A stretch of DNA of 64,000 nt from Auanema rhodensis. Lineage: Eukaryota; Animalia; Nematoda. Position 1 is the stretch's first letter; each line of letters begins with the position of its first letter. The translations under genes were made by a program, and so were the position numbers. Below, in pieces: positions 60,501 through 64,000 of the stretch. The stretch is taken from contig OZ059895.1 in assembly GCA_964057225.1 (NCBI GenBank), forward strand, positions 21,080,001-21,144,000, in the 5' to 3' direction. The notes under the pieces were generated by a model. That model was given only the letters and a program-made list of their open reading frames with translations. It did no database searches and was not told where the DNA came from.

Positions 60501-63010
60501 ATTTACGTGAACTTTAATTTATGCTAATTAAGTGTACACATGATGTGCACTTGGTATGTAACTCGCTTCAAGTCAAAGATAAAGAGATGCGGTTTCAAAA
60601 TTAGATTCCTCATGTCCATATTAGTCTAAAAACGAATTTTCATTGATATTGATGCATGGTAACCATGACTTTGAAATTTACGTGAACTTTAATTTATGCT
60701 AATTAAGTGTACACATGATGTGCACTTGGTATGTAACTCGCTTCAAGTCAAAGATAAAGAGATGCGGTTTTCAAAATTAGATTCCCTATGTCCATATTAG
60801 TCTAAAAACAAATTTTTATTAATATTGGTGCATGGTAACCATGACTTTGAAATTTACGTGAACTTTAATTTATGCTAATTAAGTGCACACATGATGTGCG
60901 CTTGGTATGTAACTCGCTTCACGTGAAAGATAAAGAGATGCGGTTTTCAAAATTAGATTCCCCATTTCCATATTAGTCTAAAAACAAATTTTTATTGATA
61001 TTGGTGCATGGCAACCATGACTTTAAAATTTACGTGAACTTTAATTTATGCTAATTAAGTGTACACATGATGTGCACTTGGTATGTAACTCGCTTCAAGT
61101 CAAAGATAAAGAGATGCGGTTTTCAAAATTAGATTCCTCATGTCCATATTAGTCTAAAAACGAATTTTCATTGATATTGATGCATGGTAACCATGACTTT
61201 GAAATTTACGTGAACTTTAATTTATGCTAATTAAGTGTACACATGATGTGCACTTGGTATGTAACTCGCTTCAAGTCAAAGATAAAGAGATGCGGTTTTC
61301 AAAATTAGATTCCCTATGTCCATATTAGTCTAAAAACAAATTTTTATTAATATTGGTGCATGGTAACCATGACTTTGAAATTTACGTGAACTTTAATTTA
61401 TGCTAATTAAGTGTACACATGATGTGCGCTTGGTATGTAACTCGCTTCACGTGAAAGATAAAGAGATGCGGTTTTCAAAATTAGATTCCCCATTTCCATA
61501 TTAGTCTAAAAACAAATTTTTATTGATATTGGTGCATGGCAACCATGACTTTAAAATTTACGTGAACTTTAATTTATGCTAATTAAGTGTACACATGATG
61601 TGCACTTGGTATGTAACTCGCTTTACGTCAAAGATAAAGAGATGCGGTTTTCAAAATTAGATTTCCCATGTCCATATTAGTCTAAAAACAAATTTTTATT
61701 AATATTGGTGCATGGTAACCATGACTTTAAAATTTACGTGAACTTTAATTTATGCTAATTAAGTGTACACATGATGTGCACTTGGTATGTAACTCGCTTC
61801 AAGTCAAAGATAAAGAGATGCGGTTTTCAAAATTAGATTCCTCATGTCCATATTAGTCTAAAAACGAATTTTCATTGATATTGATGCATGGTAACCATGA
61901 CTTTGAAATTTACGTGAACTTTAATTTATGCTAATTAAGTGTACACATGATGTGCACTTGGTATGTAACTCGCTTCAAGTCAAAGATAAAGAGATGCGGT
62001 TTTCAAAATTAGATTCCCTATGTCCATATTAGTCTAAAAACAAATTTTTATTAATATTGGTGCATGGTAACCATGACTTTGAAATTTACGTGAACTTTAA
62101 TTTATGCTAATTAAGTGTACACATGATGTGCGCTTGGTATGTAACTCGCTTCACGTGAAAGATAAAGAGATGCGGTTTTCAAAATTAGATTCCCCATTTC
62201 CATATTAGTCTAAAAACAAATTTTTATTGATATTGGTGCATGGCAACCATGACTTTAAAATTTACGTGAACTTTAATTTATGCTAATTAAGTGTACACAT
62301 GATGTGCACTTGGTATGTAACTCGCTTTACGTCAAAGATAAAGAGATGCGGTTTTCAAAATTAGATTTCCCATGTCCATATTAGTCTAAAAACAAATTTT
62401 TATTAATATTGGTGCATGGTAACCATGACTTTAAAATTTACGTGAACTTTAATTTATGCTAATTAAGTGTACACATGATGTGCACTTGGTATGTAACTCG
62501 CTTCACGTCAAAGATAAAGAGATGCGGTTTTCAAAATTAGATTCCCCATGTCCATATTAGTCTAAAAACAAATTTTCATTAATATTGGTGCATGGTAACC
62601 ATGACTTTGAAATTTACGTGAACTTTAATTTATGCTAATTAAGTGTACACATGATGTGCACTTGGTATGTAACTCGCTTCACGTGAAAGATGAAGAGATG
62701 CGGTTTTCAAAATTAGATTCCTCATGTCCATATTAGTCTAAAAACGAATTTTTATTGATATTGATGCATGGTAACCATGACTTTGAAATTTACGTGAACT
62801 TTAATTTATGCTTATTAAGTGTACACGTGATGTGCACTTGGTATGTAACTCGCTTCACGTGAAAGATAAAGAGATGCGGTTTTCAAAATTAGATTCCCAA
62901 TGTCCATATTAGTCTAAAAACAAATTGTTATTGATATTGGTGCATGGTAACCATGACTTTAAAATTTACGTGAACTTTAATTTATGCTAATTAAGTGTAC
63001 ACATGATGTG

Positions 63011-63287
63011 TGTTTTTAGACTAATATGGACATGGGGAATCTAATTTTGAAAACCGCATCTCTTTATCTTTGACGTAAAGCGAGTTACATACCAAGTGCA
63101 CATCATGTGTACACTTAATTAGCATAAATTAAAGTTCACGTAAATTTTAAAGTCATGGTTGCCATGCACCAAGATCAATAAAAATTTGTTTTTAGACTAA
63201 TATGGAAATGGGGAATCTATTTTGAAAACCGCATCTCTTTATCTTTCACGTGAAGCGAGTTACATACCAAGTGCACATCATGTGTAC
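63011..63287 (-). repeat. 277-bp inverted satellite segment (position 11 of a 175-bp monomer through position 112 of the next monomer)
   Basis: TGTTTTTAGACTAATATGGACATGGGGAATC...GTGCACATCATGTGTAC is the reverse complement of the satellite; length 165+112 = 277. Followed by a TG filler (63288-63289); forward satellite resumes at monomer position 100. Confidence 0.96.
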
Positions 63288-63337
63288 TGTAGTCTAAAAA
63301 CAAATTTTTATTAATATTGGTGCATGGTAACCATGAC

Positions 63338-63387
63338 TTTGAAATTTACGTGAACTTTAATTTTTGAAATTTACGTGAACTTTAATT
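63338..63387 (+). repeat. 25-bp sub-monomer tandem duplication (TTTGAAATTTACGTGAACTTTAATT x2)
   Basis: GAAATTTACGTGAAC at 63341 and 63366; the junction lies in a T-run. Confidence 0.93.
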
Positions 63388-64000
63388 TATGCTAATTAAG
63401 TGTACACATGATGTGCACTTGGTATGTAACTCGCTTCACGTGAAAGATGAAGAGATGCGGTTTTCAAAATTAGATTCCCCATGTCCATATTAGTCTAAAA
63501 ACAAATTTTTATTGATATTGATGCATGGTAACCATGACTTTGAAATTTACGTGAACTTTAATTTATGCTAATTAAGTGTACACATGATGTGCACTTGGTA
63601 TGTAACTCGCTTCACGTCAAAGATAAAGAGATGCGGTTTTCAAAAATAGATTCCCCATGTCCATATTAGTCTAAAAACAAATTTTTATTAATATTGGTGC
63701 TTGGTAACCATGACTTTGAAATTTACGTGAACTTTAATTTATGCTAATTAAGTGTACACATGATGTGAACTTGGTATGTAACTCGCTTCACGTCAAAGAT
63801 AAAGAGATGCGGTTTTCAAAATTAGATTCCCCATGTCCATATTAGTCTAAAAACAAATTTTTATTGATATTGGTGCATGGTAACCATGACTTTAAAATTT
63901 ACGTGAACTTTAATTTATGCTAATTAAGTGTACACATGATGTGCACTTGGTATGTAACTCGCTTCACGTGAAAGATGAAGAGATGCGGTTTTTAAAATTA

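Larger units (their letters stand above)
1..64000 (+). repeat. 176-bp tandem satellite array (~363 monomers), probable centromeric/pericentromeric satellite
   Basis: CTAATTAAGTGTACAC recurs at 1, 177, ... 63920 with period 176. Period is 175 in monomers with CAAAATAGA or CGGTTTCAAA and 179 in the two CAAAAAAATTAGA monomers. Monomers differ at only a few positions and are head-to-tail except at 63011-63287. The centromeric role is inferred from unit length and homogeneity only. Confidence 0.98.

Noticed and set aside
63011-63287. MITE or transposon insertion with terminal inverted repeats
   Set aside because: The segment is entirely reverse-complement satellite, and the flanking duplications are inverted, not direct target-site duplications.
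1-64000. CRISPR array
   Set aside because: No unique spacers; the entire 176-bp unit repeats and there are no cas genes.
1-64000. Protein-coding repeat ORF
   Set aside because: Frequent TAA/TGA/TAG on both strands, unit length not a multiple of 3, and 1-bp indels tolerated.
1-64000. Variant order as an encoded information system, such as a diversity-generating cassette array
   Set aside because: The order is explained by nested duplication and recombination; no associated enzyme gene or expression site is present.

Overview
The whole 64 kb window is one AT-rich (~32% GC) tandem satellite array of about 363 copies of a 176-bp monomer. The array runs off both ends of the window. Consensus: CTAATTAAGTGTACACATGATGTGCACTTGGTATGTAACTCGCTTCACGTGAAAGATAAAGAGATGCGGTTTTCAAAATTAGATTCCCCATGTCCATATTAGTCTAAAAACAAATTTTTATT(A/G)ATATTGGTGCATGGTAACCATGACTTTGAAATTTACGTGAACTTTAATTTATG. 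I found no genes, RNA genes, transposons or CRISPR spacers. Monomer length and homogeneity suggest eukaryotic centromeric or pericentromeric satellite, but I cannot assign the species or family. Diagnostic variants show nested higher-order structure: a tandem 31-mer HOR (5,454 bp), long-range block copies at offsets 20,583 and 24,103 bp, many 2- to 37-monomer local duplications, and older variants shared by the two flanks around a younger core. The only break in orientation is a 277-bp in-place inversion at 63011-63287. It has 14-bp and 13-bp inverted duplications at its breakpoints and a 25-bp tandem duplication just downstream. All offsets were counted by eye from marker variants, not by alignment software.
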